Source of the DNA: Thermodesulfobacteriota bacterium
GTDB lineage: Bacteria > Desulfobacterota > Desulfobacteria > Desulfobacterales > SURF-7
Direction: 5' to 3'
Length of the DNA stretch: 64,000 bases
Assembly (NCBI GenBank): GCA_049320885.1
Contig: JBMORA010000009.1
Span: forward strand, 64,001-128,000
The translations under genes and the position numbers were made by a program. The notes beneath the pieces are model-generated. The model was given only the letters and a program-made list of their open reading frames with translations, was not told where the DNA came from and did not search any database. Below are positions 29,187 through 39,171 of this stretch, piece by piece (position 1 is the first letter of the stretch; each line of letters starts with the position of its first letter).

Positions 29187-31721
29187 TTATTGTCCAGGCC
29201 GCTTCTTTTCTAGAATTTTTCTGATTTCCCGGGAAAGCTGGCTCATATTGAAGGGTTTCGGAATAAAGCCGTCGCAGCCGTTTTCCAGCAAAGTGGCCGC
29301 CGTTCCATCAATGCCGTATCCGCTTGAAAGCAGAATCCGGGCTTGCGGATGGATGAGCTTGAGACGCTCGTAAACTGATCTCCCATCCATATCCGGCATG
29401 ATAATGTCCAGGATAACCAGGTCGATTTTTTTGTATTGCTGTTGAAATTTTTCGATGGCCATTCGGCCGCCTCTGGCCAGAATGACCTGATAACCCATTT
29501 CTTTGAGCATCAACTCCCCGATTTTAACCACCATGTCCTCATCGTCCACCAGCATGATGGTTTCTGATCCGGCCTCCCAATCTTCATCCGGCGATTTTAC
29601 GGAAATAGACTCTTTTTCACTGGCGATAAAAAAAATGTTGAAGGTGGTGCCTCGGCCTTTTTCGCTCTGCACATGAATAAAGCCCCCATGCCGGCGAATG
29701 ATGCCGTATGCTGAAGCCAGCCCCAAACCGGTGCCTTCGCCTTCTTCCTTGGTGGTGAAAAAAGGCTCGAATATCTTTACGCGCACGCTTTCATCCATTC
29801 CCATACCGGTATCGGTAATGGAAACTCTCACGTAGGGGCCGGGAGCCGCCTTGTAGGCCTCGACTTTGGGCGGCGTTAAAATGACATTTTCGGTGGCCAG
29901 ATACAGATCTCCGCATTCATTCATCGCCTGACGGGCATTGATGAACAGATTCAGCAACACCAGTTCGACCTGTCCGTGATCCACCTCCACTGTCCAAATA
30001 TTTTTCTGGAAGTATTTGTGGATTTTAATACCTTTACAGGTGCGCGCGAACATGTGAGCGGTCTTGTCGATAATATCGTTCATATTGGATGGTTTGACAA
30101 GATAATGGCCAGCTCTGGCGAACCCGAGGAGCTGGCGTGTAAGGTTCGCCCCGTTTTCAACACTTTGCGAAATACTCTTCATTTCATCCTGATAAGGGTA
30201 ACCATGATCCCGATCCAATAAAATAAAGGAGACATTCCCCTGGATGACTTGGAGTAGATTGTTGAAATTATGGGCAATACCGCCAGCAAGGGTTCCAAGT
30301 GCTTCCATTCTTTGGGCTTTATAGAATTCTTCCTCCATTTTTTTATGGTGGGTGATATCCCTGAGAAAATGGAGCATCGCCGGTTCCCCTTCCCAGGATA
30401 TTTTAGCCGCATTCAGTTCGGCCCACATGATCTCGCCTTCCTTGTTCAATAAGCGGAAAGAAAAAACCTGCAGGGACTGCGGATCCTTTTCCACCGAGCG
30501 CAGACGGCTTTCGACAACCTCGCGGTCATCGGGGTGAATGAAGGAAAAAAAGGGCTCACGATCAAGGGCGAGGGATAAACGGCTTCCAATATGCGCGGTG
30601 ACCGAATTGGCGAATTTAATCTTGCCATCCTGGATAATAAAGATGGCCTCGCTGGCGTTTTCAACCAGCATGCGATATTTTTCCTCCGATTCCCTCAAGG
30701 CGGCGTCGGCCCTTTTTTCCTCTGTTATGTCCCTGAAATGTTCAACAATCTGTGTGATTTCCCCATTATCGTTGACCACCGGATAGGCCCGGGCGTCCAG
30801 CCAGACCCCCGGGTCGTCCATGTATTTGACGACCCGGGCCGGTTTTTTGGTCCGCTGGACTTCCAGGGCCGCGCATTGTTCGCACGGCGAGTTTCTTCGA
30901 ATCAGTTCATAGCATTTCCGACCCACAAGACTCGATGTTCCAGATGACAGAAACCGAGTTCCGGCCTGGTTATACCGGATAATCGTTTTATCCGTCCCGT
31001 GCACCCCCAACACATCCGGGATTGCATTGAATACGGTTTCGAGTAAAACGCTGGTTTCCCTCAGCTGGGTCTCGGTTTTTTTCCGGAGTTCCTCTGATCG
31101 GTTGCGGTCTTCGATTTCTTTTTTCAGCTGCCGGTTGGAGTCCATCAGTTCCGCTGTGCGGTCACCGACGAGATTCTCTAAATGATTGCGGTATGTTTTT
31201 AATTCCGCTGCTACTATCCGGTGCTCTTCGATTTTTTCCTGAAGCGCCTGATTGGTAAGTTCAAGATGGTGCTTTTCATCGCGCAGACGGTTAATGTAGT
31301 TTTCGTTGCTTTTTCTGAGGGTGGATGACAAGGCGCGCATGATGGCGAGGGAAATGGTGAATCTCCGTTCAATGAAAGCGGCAAAATCATGTTGAAAAAC
31401 CGATAACAAGCGGGCGGCATGCCCTTCAACCACGGCCGTGGCGCTGCGCGGCCGCTGATCAATCAGGGCCATTTCACCGAACATGTCACCGGGCGCAAGC
31501 AAGGTGAGGGTATACGGCTGGGGTCCGCCATGGTTTTTCCAGATTCTTACTTCGCCTTCCACGATGATATAAACCCGGTCGCCGATTTCGCCTTCGCGGA
31601 AGATAACAGTTTCCTGCTCAAACCGTTCTTCATGACAGGCCGCGCAAATGGCGGTTATATCGTCGGGGGGAAGCGATTTGAAAAAGGGTATGTTTCGTAA
31701 AAATTGGTGAATGCTGTCCAT
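29187..31721 (-). CDS. Hybrid histidine kinase: cNMP-binding, PAS, PAS, HisKA, HATPase, REC
   Basis: [44 protein letters not shown]. Confidence 0.92.
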   Translation of the reverse strand: MDSIHQFLRNIPFFKSLPPDDITAICAACHEERFEQETVIFREGEIGDRVYIIVEGEVRIWKNHGGPQPYTLTLLAPGDMFGEMALIDQRPRSATAVVEGHAARLLSVFQHDFAAFIERRFTISLAIMRALSSTLRKSNENYINRLRDEKHHLELTNQALQEKIEEHRIVAAELKTYRNHLENLVGDRTAELMDSNRQLKKEIEDRNRSEELRKKTETQLRETSVLLETVFNAIPDVLGVHGTDKTIIRYNQAGTRFLSSGTSSLVGRKCYELIRRNSPCEQCAALEVQRTKKPARVVKYMDDPGVWLDARAYPVVNDNGEITQIVEHFRDITEEKRADAALRESEEKYRMLVENASEAIFIIQDGKIKFANSVTAHIGSRLSLALDREPFFSFIHPDDREVVESRLRSVEKDPQSLQVFSFRLLNKEGEIMWAELNAAKISWEGEPAMLHFLRDITHHKKMEEEFYKAQRMEALGTLAGGIAHNFNNLLQVIQGNVSFILLDRDHGYPYQDEMKSISQSVENGANLTRQLLGFARAGHYLVKPSNMNDIIDKTAHMFARTCKGIKIHKYFQKNIWTVEVDHGQVELVLLNLFINARQAMNECGDLYLATENVILTPPKVEAYKAAPGPYVRVSITDTGMGMDESVRVKIFEPFFTTKEEGEGTGLGLASAYGIIRRHGGFIHVQSEKGRGTTFNIFFIASEKESISVKSPDEDWEAGSETIMLVDDEDMVVKIGELMLKEMGYQVILARGGRMAIEKFQQQYKKIDLVILDIIMPDMDGRSVYERLKLIHPQARILLSSGYGIDGTAATLLENGCDGFIPKPFNMSQLSREIRKILEKKRPGQ

Positions 31722-31727
31722 GTGCTG

Positions 31728-33773
31728 TTATCCTAATTCGTGTTCCCTTTTAAGTATCAGGGCGGTGCGGGAAGGAAGGTAAAGCCGGATTTGATGATCA
31801 GCCGCATTTCCGGTCTTGGCAGGCTGAGTGAAATGGATTTGATCCATCATCAAGCGGTTGTGTCCTCCATAGGCAGGTCTGTCCGAGTCAAAGATCATCC
31901 GGTATTTCCCTGGGGCCAGCCGTATGGCGTAATCCGTATGAGAAGCTGTCGGATGGAAGCAGAAAACAAACAACAGGCCGCCGCGCTCGAAAGCAAGCAC
32001 CTTGTCCCGGGAATTTTCGTAAACAAGACGAATGTCGCTGCTCGACAACAAATCGGTTTGTTCCGCCAGGAGGATCATATCCCGGTCGAAACAGGCCAGC
32101 AGACAATATTTCAATTCCGTCCGGTCGAGCAACGACCATTGCCGCCGGGAATAATGATAGGACCAATTGTTCCCCTGTCTGGGGAAATCGATCCATTCCG
32201 GATGTCCGAATTCATTACCCATGAAATTGAGATATCCGTTTCCGGCTGTGGCCAGGGTGATCAGCCGGATCAATTTGTGAATGGCCAAGCCGCGGTCGAC
32301 TCTCAGATTTCCATCTCCAGCCATCATATGTTCGTACATGTCGGCGCCGATCAGGCGAAAAATGAGGGTTTGATCACCCACCAGGGCCTGGTCATGGGAT
32401 TCGGCATAACCGATGGTTTTTTCTTCCCGCCGGCGGTTGGTCAGTTCATACCAGAGATGGCCCATGGGCCAGTCCTCATCTCTTGTCTCCTTTGTTAATT
32501 TGATCCAATAATCCGGAACGCCCATGGCCAGCCGGAAATCGAAGCCGTATCCACCCAGGTCAACGGGAAAGGCAAGCCCCGGCATGCCGCTGACATCTTC
32601 CGCAATGGTCGCCGCATCCGGCCGTAGGAGATGGATGACCCGGTTGGCCAGCGCAAGATAGGTCAGCGCATCTTCATCCACGGTTTCATCAAAATAATCG
32701 GAGTACTCTGTAAAGGCCACGCCCAGCCCATGATGGTGGTACAGCATGCTGGTAATGCCGTCGAAGCGAAATCCGTCGAAGCGATATTCGTCCAGCCAGA
32801 ATCGGCAATTGGATAGAAGGAAATGGAGTACTTCGATTTTACCGTAATCAAAGCATCGGGAGTCCCAGGCCTCATGTCTTCCCCGGGGGCCGTCGTGGAA
32901 ATATTGATACGGTGTTCCATCGAACCGGCTGAGCCCCTCCACTTCATTGTTGACCGCATGGGAGTGAACCAGATCCATAATGACGGCCAGGCCGGCCGCA
33001 TGGGCGGCGTCGATAAGGGCCTTGAGATCTTCCGGTGTTCCAAAACGGGAAGACGCGGCAAAGAAATTGGATACGTGATAACCAAAGGATGCGTAATACG
33101 GATGCTCCTGGATCGCCATCAATTGCAGGGTGTTGTATCGCGCCGCGATGATGCGGGGCAGCACGTTTTCCGTGAATTCCTGATAGCTGCCGATTTTTCC
33201 ATCCTCCTGGGCCATTCCAATGTGGGCTTCGTAAATGATGGGCGGTCTGGGGCTTCGCCTGTAGGTGTCCAGGCGCCATGGGTATGGTGTCTGCGGCCGC
33301 CATATCTGGGCGTTAAATATGAGTGTGCGTGGATCCTGCACGACCCTGCGGGCATAGGCAGGAATCCGATCTCCCTGCCCGTCCGGCCAATGAAGTCTCA
33401 GCCGATACAGATCCCCATGATGAAATCGATCTTCGGGCAGCCGGATCTCCCACTCCCCCGGCTTGCCGTTCGGTTCCAGGGCGAATTCGTTTTTTTCCTT
33501 CCAGGCGCTCATTTCGCCGATAAGAAAAATCGCGGTGGCGTTCGGGGCCCATTCCCTGAATATCCATTGACCGTTGCGGAAATGCATCCCGAAATATTCG
33601 TGACCGTTTGCGAAATCGGAAAGGTTTTCCTGCGGGTGTGTCAGGCGCTTTTCCATTGACTGGATTTTTTCGATCCGCCGCAGGAGTATTGTCCGATAGG
33701 CACCCAGGCCGTTATCGGCGGCGATCAACGCTGCGCATCGTTTGTCGGGGGTTCCGGTGCGCATGGTTTTCAT
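31728..33773 (-). CDS. glgB: 1,4-alpha-glucan branching enzyme (GH13_8-like)
   Basis: FREWAPNA, QEHPYYASFGYHV, FDGFRFDGITSM, AEDVSGMP, YAESHDQALVGD, NFMGNEFGHPEWIDFPR. Confidence 0.93.
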   Translation of the reverse strand: MKTMRTGTPDKRCAALIAADNGLGAYRTILLRRIEKIQSMEKRLTHPQENLSDFANGHEYFGMHFRNGQWIFREWAPNATAIFLIGEMSAWKEKNEFALEPNGKPGEWEIRLPEDRFHHGDLYRLRLHWPDGQGDRIPAYARRVVQDPRTLIFNAQIWRPQTPYPWRLDTYRRSPRPPIIYEAHIGMAQEDGKIGSYQEFTENVLPRIIAARYNTLQLMAIQEHPYYASFGYHVSNFFAASSRFGTPEDLKALIDAAHAAGLAVIMDLVHSHAVNNEVEGLSRFDGTPYQYFHDGPRGRHEAWDSRCFDYGKIEVLHFLLSNCRFWLDEYRFDGFRFDGITSMLYHHHGLGVAFTEYSDYFDETVDEDALTYLALANRVIHLLRPDAATIAEDVSGMPGLAFPVDLGGYGFDFRLAMGVPDYWIKLTKETRDEDWPMGHLWYELTNRRREEKTIGYAESHDQALVGDQTLIFRLIGADMYEHMMAGDGNLRVDRGLAIHKLIRLITLATAGNGYLNFMGNEFGHPEWIDFPRQGNNWSYHYSRRQWSLLDRTELKYCLLACFDRDMILLAEQTDLLSSSDIRLVYENSRDKVLAFERGGLLFVFCFHPTASHTDYAIRLAPGKYRMIFDSDRPAYGGHNRLMMDQIHFTQPAKTGNAADHQIRLYLPSRTALILKREHELG

Positions 33774-35284
33774 CTGGCGATCAGCGGGCGCTGGAGCATC
33801 ATTTCGTATAAATCCATATATTGCCTGGCCGTGACATCGTGGTTGAAGGCGGCCAGGCTTTCCGTCATGATGCGAGCGATTTCCATTTTTTTAAGGTCGG
33901 AAGGCAGTTGAAAAAAGTCCATGGCTTGATCCACAGCCCAGAACAAGCCGTTTGCGTCGTAATATTGGAATAGAAATCCGTTTCCTGTATGCCTGCCCAC
34001 ATCCAATGGTTTGACGGTGTCATGGATGCCTCCGGTATCATGGGCCACGGGAAGCGCTCCATATATGGGTCCGATCATCTGGGGCAACCCACAGGGCTCA
34101 AAAAGCGAGGGCATCAGGATGAAATCGGCGGCTCCATAGGCTAGACAGGCCAGTCTTTCATCAAAATCACAAATGGCCACGCGGTCTTCCAGTTGATGAA
34201 AGTTGACGATCCGCTCAAAATGCTGCCGGAAATCGCCGCTGGCCACAAAAATAATTTCGAGTTGGTGGTCCCAGTATTTCGATATCACGGCATACATGAT
34301 TTCCGCCAGCAACTGACAACCCTTTTGGACATGGTCCAGGCGGTGGGGCCAAAAAAACAACGGCGCTTTTTCGTTTTGGATCAGGCCCACGGATTGCTGC
34401 AGCGCCAGTTTGTTGCGTTTTTTTCCAGCCGGATGATTCTCTGGTCCGTAGGCAGTCTTCAGGTTCTTGTCGGTGGAAGGATCGAAGGACGGATCAGGGG
34501 CATTCAATATCCCCACGGCGCAACCCGCGAGGTGCTTGTTTCTCAGCTCGGCCTGAATCTGCGGTTCGATAAATCGATGCCTGCCTTCAGCAACTTCCAG
34601 CAGGAACGTGGGACTGACGGTATTGACGAAATGGGCTGCAAAAATGCCGCTGGCCAGAAAATCCACCGGAATCGTTTCGCGTGTTTCTTCATACTGCTCC
34701 GGCCGGGATTCATAATAGAGATTCTGCCAAAAATAAGCGGCATCGATGCCACGGTCCTCGATATGCGCCAGAAGGGCTTTTACGGTATACACGTTATGCA
34801 CCGTGAACAAACAGGGCGTGCCCATGGCTCTGGCCATGGCAGGAATCAGTCCGGTCATCCAGTCATTGCAATGGATCAGATCCGGTTGAACCCTGGGGAC
34901 GATATTGTTGATCACTTCCCGCTGGAAGGCCAACGCGATTTTAATATTTTCCCAGCCGTAACTGGAATACACCCGGTTCATGTAAAAAAAGGCGCGGTCT
35001 TCCGCCAGATGAATCCTGTCCCCGGGCATTTTTTGCCAGAAAAGCTTTCGTTGGTTTTTGATCAGATTGGAAAAGCCGTTATCGAACATCATGCGGTAAT
35101 CGGGCAAGGCCACATGCACGTCCGTTCCTTGTTCGAAAAGGGCGCCGATCAGGGCGGCGGATACATCCGCCAGTCCACCGGCTTTTGCCGTCAGATAATT
35201 GGCGATATTCCCCATTCCCGGAGGCAGGTAGGTGACTTCCGGTGTTATAATCAGAACCCGCGGTGATTTTTTATTTTTCGGCAT
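33770..35284 (-). CDS. glgA: Glycogen synthase (GT5)
   Basis: KAGGLADV, HCNDW, NTVSP, QKG, MPSLFEPCGL. Confidence 0.9.
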   Translation of the reverse strand: MPKNKKSPRVLIITPEVTYLPPGMGNIANYLTAKAGGLADVSAALIGALFEQGTDVHVALPDYRMMFDNGFSNLIKNQRKLFWQKMPGDRIHLAEDRAFFYMNRVYSSYGWENIKIALAFQREVINNIVPRVQPDLIHCNDWMTGLIPAMARAMGTPCLFTVHNVYTVKALLAHIEDRGIDAAYFWQNLYYESRPEQYEETRETIPVDFLASGIFAAHFVNTVSPTFLLEVAEGRHRFIEPQIQAELRNKHLAGCAVGILNAPDPSFDPSTDKNLKTAYGPENHPAGKKRNKLALQQSVGLIQNEKAPLFFWPHRLDHVQKGCQLLAEIMYAVISKYWDHQLEIIFVASGDFRQHFERIVNFHQLEDRVAICDFDERLACLAYGAADFILMPSLFEPCGLPQMIGPIYGALPVAHDTGGIHDTVKPLDVGRHTGNGFLFQYYDANGLFWAVDQAMDFFQLPSDLKKMEIARIMTESLAAFNHDVTARQYMDLYEMMLQRPLIAR

Positions 35285-35302
35285 TCCGTTTCACTCGTTT
35301 TG

Positions 35303-37855
35303 TCACGCCCAGGTGATTAAACCGGGCGTGAACCGGATTAAGTCATCACCTCTGGGGGTTACCCGGGCCGTGAATCCGTAGCGACCGGCGTTCTGACATT
35401 CAATGTCGCAGGCATACAGGTATTGCCCGTTACCACGGTCTTCTTCCATATTCATTCTTTCCAGGAGTCCGGGTGCTACCGAATCCACCGATTTCAGGGT
35501 CCCGTAATACAGCTCGACCTCGACTTCATCCGGAAGCAGGTTGCCGAGGGATACCTCACTGGTCAGGCGGAATTTTTCCCCCACTTGAAAAGGGCCTTCC
35601 GCCTTTCTCACCGGCGGATTGATGCGGATATGCTTCCATTCATTTTGCAGCCTTTCGCGCAACCGGTTCAATTTGCGGGCTTCCTCGGCCTGATTGGCCA
35701 ACAGGCGATGGAGTCGTTCCACCGCCGGTCGGTAGAAGTGCTCCTCATAACGCCCCACCATTTTGGATGCCGAGAATTGCCACATGGCCATTTTCATGGA
35801 TGATTTCATTTTTTTCAACCAGGTTTCGGGGACATCTCCGTGCTTTCTGTCATAAAAGCATGGAATTACGTCGTTTTCGAGGATATTGTACAAGGCCTGG
35901 CTTTCCACTGCATCCTGATATACGAAATCACCGTATTCCTCTCCGTTTCCAATGCGCCACCCCCGGTCTTCCCCATAGGCTTCGTCCCACCAGCCGTCCA
36001 TGATGCTGACATTCAGGACACCGTTGATAGCGGCCTTCATCCCGGAAGTTCCGCAGGCTTCGTAGGGTCGCCTGGGGGTATTGAGCCATACATCGGCGCC
36101 TTGAACCAGATGCCTGGCGATGTTGATGTCGTAATCTTCGAGAAAAATCAATTTGTGACGGATGTTCGATTTTCGTGCGAACTGGATCAGACGTCGGATC
36201 AACTCCTTGCCTTCATTGTCTTTCGGGTGGGCCTTGCCGGCAAAAATGAACTGGACGGGATATTTGTCGGACGTAAGGATCGCTTCGAAGCGGGACGGAT
36301 CCTGCAGCAGCAGGTTGGCTCTTTTATAAGTGGCGAAACGGCGCGCAAATGCTATCGTGAGGCTGTCCTGGTCGAGCACGGACTCGGCCTCTTCCATTTG
36401 GGCTTTCGGAGCATTGCGCCGGCCATATTGTTTCACCATCAGCGCCCGGCAGGTACGGATAAGTCGCGCACGGCTCATTTCATGCGCCCGCCAGAGTTCT
36501 TCTTCATATATCTGATCGATCCGGTTGATAATCTCCGGTTCTTGGGTTTTCATGTACCATTCCGGGCCAAGGTAGCGGTCGAACAGGAGCGAGTTTTCAA
36601 TGGAAATCCAGGAGGGGATATGAATTCCGTTGGTAATATGGGTTATGGGAACTTCGTCTTCGGGGCGTCCCGGCCAGACGTGCGACCACATTCGGCGGGC
36701 GGTGCGGCCGTGAAGTTTGCTTACCCCGTTGCAATATCGCGACATCCGCAGCGCAAGGACAAACATGGAAACAGGTGCTTCGTATCCATGGCTCTCGGCG
36801 GGCTGCCCCCATTTAATCAATTCATCAACAGCGATGTCCAGACGCTCCTCGAAGGGTTTCAGGCAAGGGCGGACCAGATGCACCGGAAATTCGTCATGCC
36901 CGGCGGCAACCGGGGTGTGGGTAGTGAATACGGTTGTGCGCGCCAGGATTTCCATGGCGACTTTCAAATCAAGGTGATGGAACTGCATGAACTGCGCGAG
37001 GCGTTCCAGGCCGGCGAAGGCGCAATGGCCTTCATTCATATGAATGATGAGTGGATTGATATTCAATCTTTGGAGGGCCTGCATTCCACCGATGCCCAAT
37101 AATACTTCCTGGGAAAGACGGATGGCCGAGTCGGCTGCATAAAGTCTGGCTGTGATTTCGCGGATGGGGGGTGGGTTTTCCGGCAAATTGGTATCCAGGA
37201 GCAGCAGGGGAATTCGCCCGATATGCAGTTGCCAGACCAAGGCCCGGATGTCGCCGTCAGGTCCTGTAACCGTGACATAGACTTCCTTGCCGTCGCTGTT
37301 TTTGGCGCGTTGCAGCGGCATGTGATACAAATCCGTCTCGGGATATTCTTCCTGCTGCCATCCTTCCGGGTTGAGGTATTGGTGGAAATACCCTTTACGG
37401 TAAAGGAGGCCGACACCGACGATGGGCAGGCCGCTGTCGGAAGCCGCCTTCAGATGATCCCCGGCCAGTATGCCCAACCCTCCGGCAAACAGCGGCAGGC
37501 TTTCATGAATGCCGTACTCCATGGAAAAATACGCAATTTTCCCGTCAGTTCCGTAGGGCGTTTCGGTAAAGTCAACCGGTTCGACGATATGCCGCTCGAA
37601 GGCGATCCTGACCCGTTGCTGATGGGATAAAAAACTATCGTCCCGGGCCAGCTCTTCCAGACGTTCCTGGGAAATCAGTGTGGAAAAAACGATTGGATTT
37701 CGTTCGGCTTTTTCCCAAAGCCGCGGATTAATCCGCCGAAAAAGTTCTATGGAATCGAGATTCCAGCACCACCACATGTTTCGGATCAGCTTTTCGAGAA
37801 ATGACAACGATTCCGGTACTTTGGGAAAAACCTGGAAGGTTTGGAGGTAACTCAT
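35303..37855 (-). CDS. glgP: Alpha-glucan phosphorylase
   Basis: GGLGILAGD, MNEGH, FTTHTPV, ARRFATYKR, EACGTSGMK. Confidence 0.96.
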   Translation of the reverse strand: MSYLQTFQVFPKVPESLSFLEKLIRNMWWCWNLDSIELFRRINPRLWEKAERNPIVFSTLISQERLEELARDDSFLSHQQRVRIAFERHIVEPVDFTETPYGTDGKIAYFSMEYGIHESLPLFAGGLGILAGDHLKAASDSGLPIVGVGLLYRKGYFHQYLNPEGWQQEEYPETDLYHMPLQRAKNSDGKEVYVTVTGPDGDIRALVWQLHIGRIPLLLLDTNLPENPPPIREITARLYAADSAIRLSQEVLLGIGGMQALQRLNINPLIIHMNEGHCAFAGLERLAQFMQFHHLDLKVAMEILARTTVFTTHTPVAAGHDEFPVHLVRPCLKPFEERLDIAVDELIKWGQPAESHGYEAPVSMFVLALRMSRYCNGVSKLHGRTARRMWSHVWPGRPEDEVPITHITNGIHIPSWISIENSLLFDRYLGPEWYMKTQEPEIINRIDQIYEEELWRAHEMSRARLIRTCRALMVKQYGRRNAPKAQMEEAESVLDQDSLTIAFARRFATYKRANLLLQDPSRFEAILTSDKYPVQFIFAGKAHPKDNEGKELIRRLIQFARKSNIRHKLIFLEDYDINIARHLVQGADVWLNTPRRPYEACGTSGMKAAINGVLNVSIMDGWWDEAYGEDRGWRIGNGEEYGDFVYQDAVESQALYNILENDVIPCFYDRKHGDVPETWLKKMKSSMKMAMWQFSASKMVGRYEEHFYRPAVERLHRLLANQAEEARKLNRLRERLQNEWKHIRINPPVRKAEGPFQVGEKFRLTSEVSLGNLLPDEVEVELYYGTLKSVDSVAPGLLERMNMEEDRGNGQYLYACDIECQNAGRYGFTARVTPRGDDLIRFTPGLITWA

Positions 37856-38244
37856 TTTTCATCCTTTTTCATATTCAGCAAAATCATCTGCAAGGTCCCC
37901 GGCCTGCCCGGTTTCATCAGAAGGCGGAAGCGTTTTGGGGATGGTATCGCGCTTTCAAGAGGCAAAACCCCGAATCGGATGATGTTGAGGCGGCGATTGG
38001 GACGTCCCGCTATCAGTCCTTCGCCTTCGAATTTAAACCATGAAATGAGATTTCTTTATACCCAAACAGCCCAAAGATGGCAAGTGGTTCTTTTCCGTGG
38101 GACGAGGCGGAACATCACTGCCCATGATGTTTCATTCGACAAATTAAGTTATAATAATTGGCAAGAAGAATAAGTGGGTTTAAACCTCCCTCGTCTGTGG
38201 ATATAGAGATTGAAGTTTTTTTCGTTCTTTTATAGAGTCATGAA

Positions 38245-38961
38245 ATGGAAAAATCCGATCCCATCTCCTACGACAAATATATCAAGGCGTTGATGGATAT
38301 CAGCCGCGCCATCACGTCGGATCTGTTCCTCGAGGATCTGTTGAAATTGATCGTGATGGTTACGGCCAAGGTCATGAACGTGGAAATTTGCTCCCTCTGG
38401 ATGATCAACGAAAATGAAAATCCCCCCAAAATCAGACTGGAAGCGACCCAGGCGATTAATCCGGAATACGTGAAAGACCGGTCGTTGAACCTGAACGAAG
38501 GCGTCGTCGGTTATGTGGCGACGCGGAAAAAACCGCATATCATTAAAAATGTGTTGAAGAGCCACCGGTTCAAGGAGAAGGAAATGGCCCGCAGGTTGGG
38601 CCTGGTTTCCATGCTGGGGGTGCCACTGCAGCTGAAAAACGAGAAGGTCATCGGGGTATTGAATTGTTTTACCGCCCATCCACATGATTTTTCCGAAACC
38701 GAGGTGAATCTTCTGGCCACGGTGGCCAACCAGGCAGCGGTGGCCATATTGAACACCGAACTCATGGTTCAGAAAAAAATTATCCAGGAAGAGCTGGAGA
38801 CCCGCAAGCTGATTGAAAGAGCAAAGGAAATCATCATGCTCCGCAATCAAATCCAGGCGGACCAGGCATATCGATGGTTGCAGCAGCGCAGCATGAATTC
38901 CCGCAAAAGCATGCGCCAGGTCGCGGAAGCGATTGTCCTTTCGGATGAATTATATCAATAA
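38245..38961 (+). CDS. GAF and ANTAR domain RNA-binding antiterminator
   Basis: GAF domain followed by LETRKLIERAKEIIM..AYRWLQQRSMNSRKSMRQVAEAI. Confidence 0.93.
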   Translation: MEKSDPISYDKYIKALMDISRAITSDLFLEDLLKLIVMVTAKVMNVEICSLWMINENENPPKIRLEATQAINPEYVKDRSLNLNEGVVGYVATRKKPHIIKNVLKSHRFKEKEMARRLGLVSMLGVPLQLKNEKVIGVLNCFTAHPHDFSETEVNLLATVANQAAVAILNTELMVQKKIIQEELETRKLIERAKEIIMLRNQIQADQAYRWLQQRSMNSRKSMRQVAEAIVLSDELYQ

Positions 38962-39046
38962 CGCGCCGTCCTTTTGCATTCAAACTTAATACTTGACATT
39001 TTATTTTAGATATACTTAATTAATCGATCATAGAGGATTCAGGTTC

Positions 39047-39093
39047 GGTACAAAGGCGTACCTGAGCCGCCTGCCAACCAGACAAAGGCGTCT
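39047..39093 (+). promoter_or_regulatory. ANTAR target RNA (dual hexaloop hairpins)
   Basis: GGTAC-AAAGGC-GTACC and AGAC-AAAGGC-GTCT; A1/G4 loops with C-G closing pairs. Confidence 0.88.
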
Positions 39094-39134
39094 ATCCTGT
39101 CGTTCATTTCGGACGATGGGGGGCGCCTTTTTTT
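39084..39134 (+). terminator. Leader intrinsic terminator overlapping ANTAR hairpin 2
   Basis: AAAGGCGTCT...GGGCGCCTTT stem, inner CGTTC/GGACG pairing, run of 7 T. Confidence 0.85.
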
Positions 39135-39171
39135 ATTGACCGGTATGATATTATGCACGAGGAGAAAAAAA

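Noticed and set aside
35840..37102. 420-aa ORF opposite glgP, and similar long antisense ORFs at 19921, 34193, 51485, 54864 and 59131
   Set aside because: They overlap well-supported genes on the opposite strand; codon-bias artefacts
37856..38244. GGCAAAAC..GGGACG resembling a c-di-GMP-I riboswitch
   Set aside because: Lacks the GAAA tetraloop and GCAAAG junction
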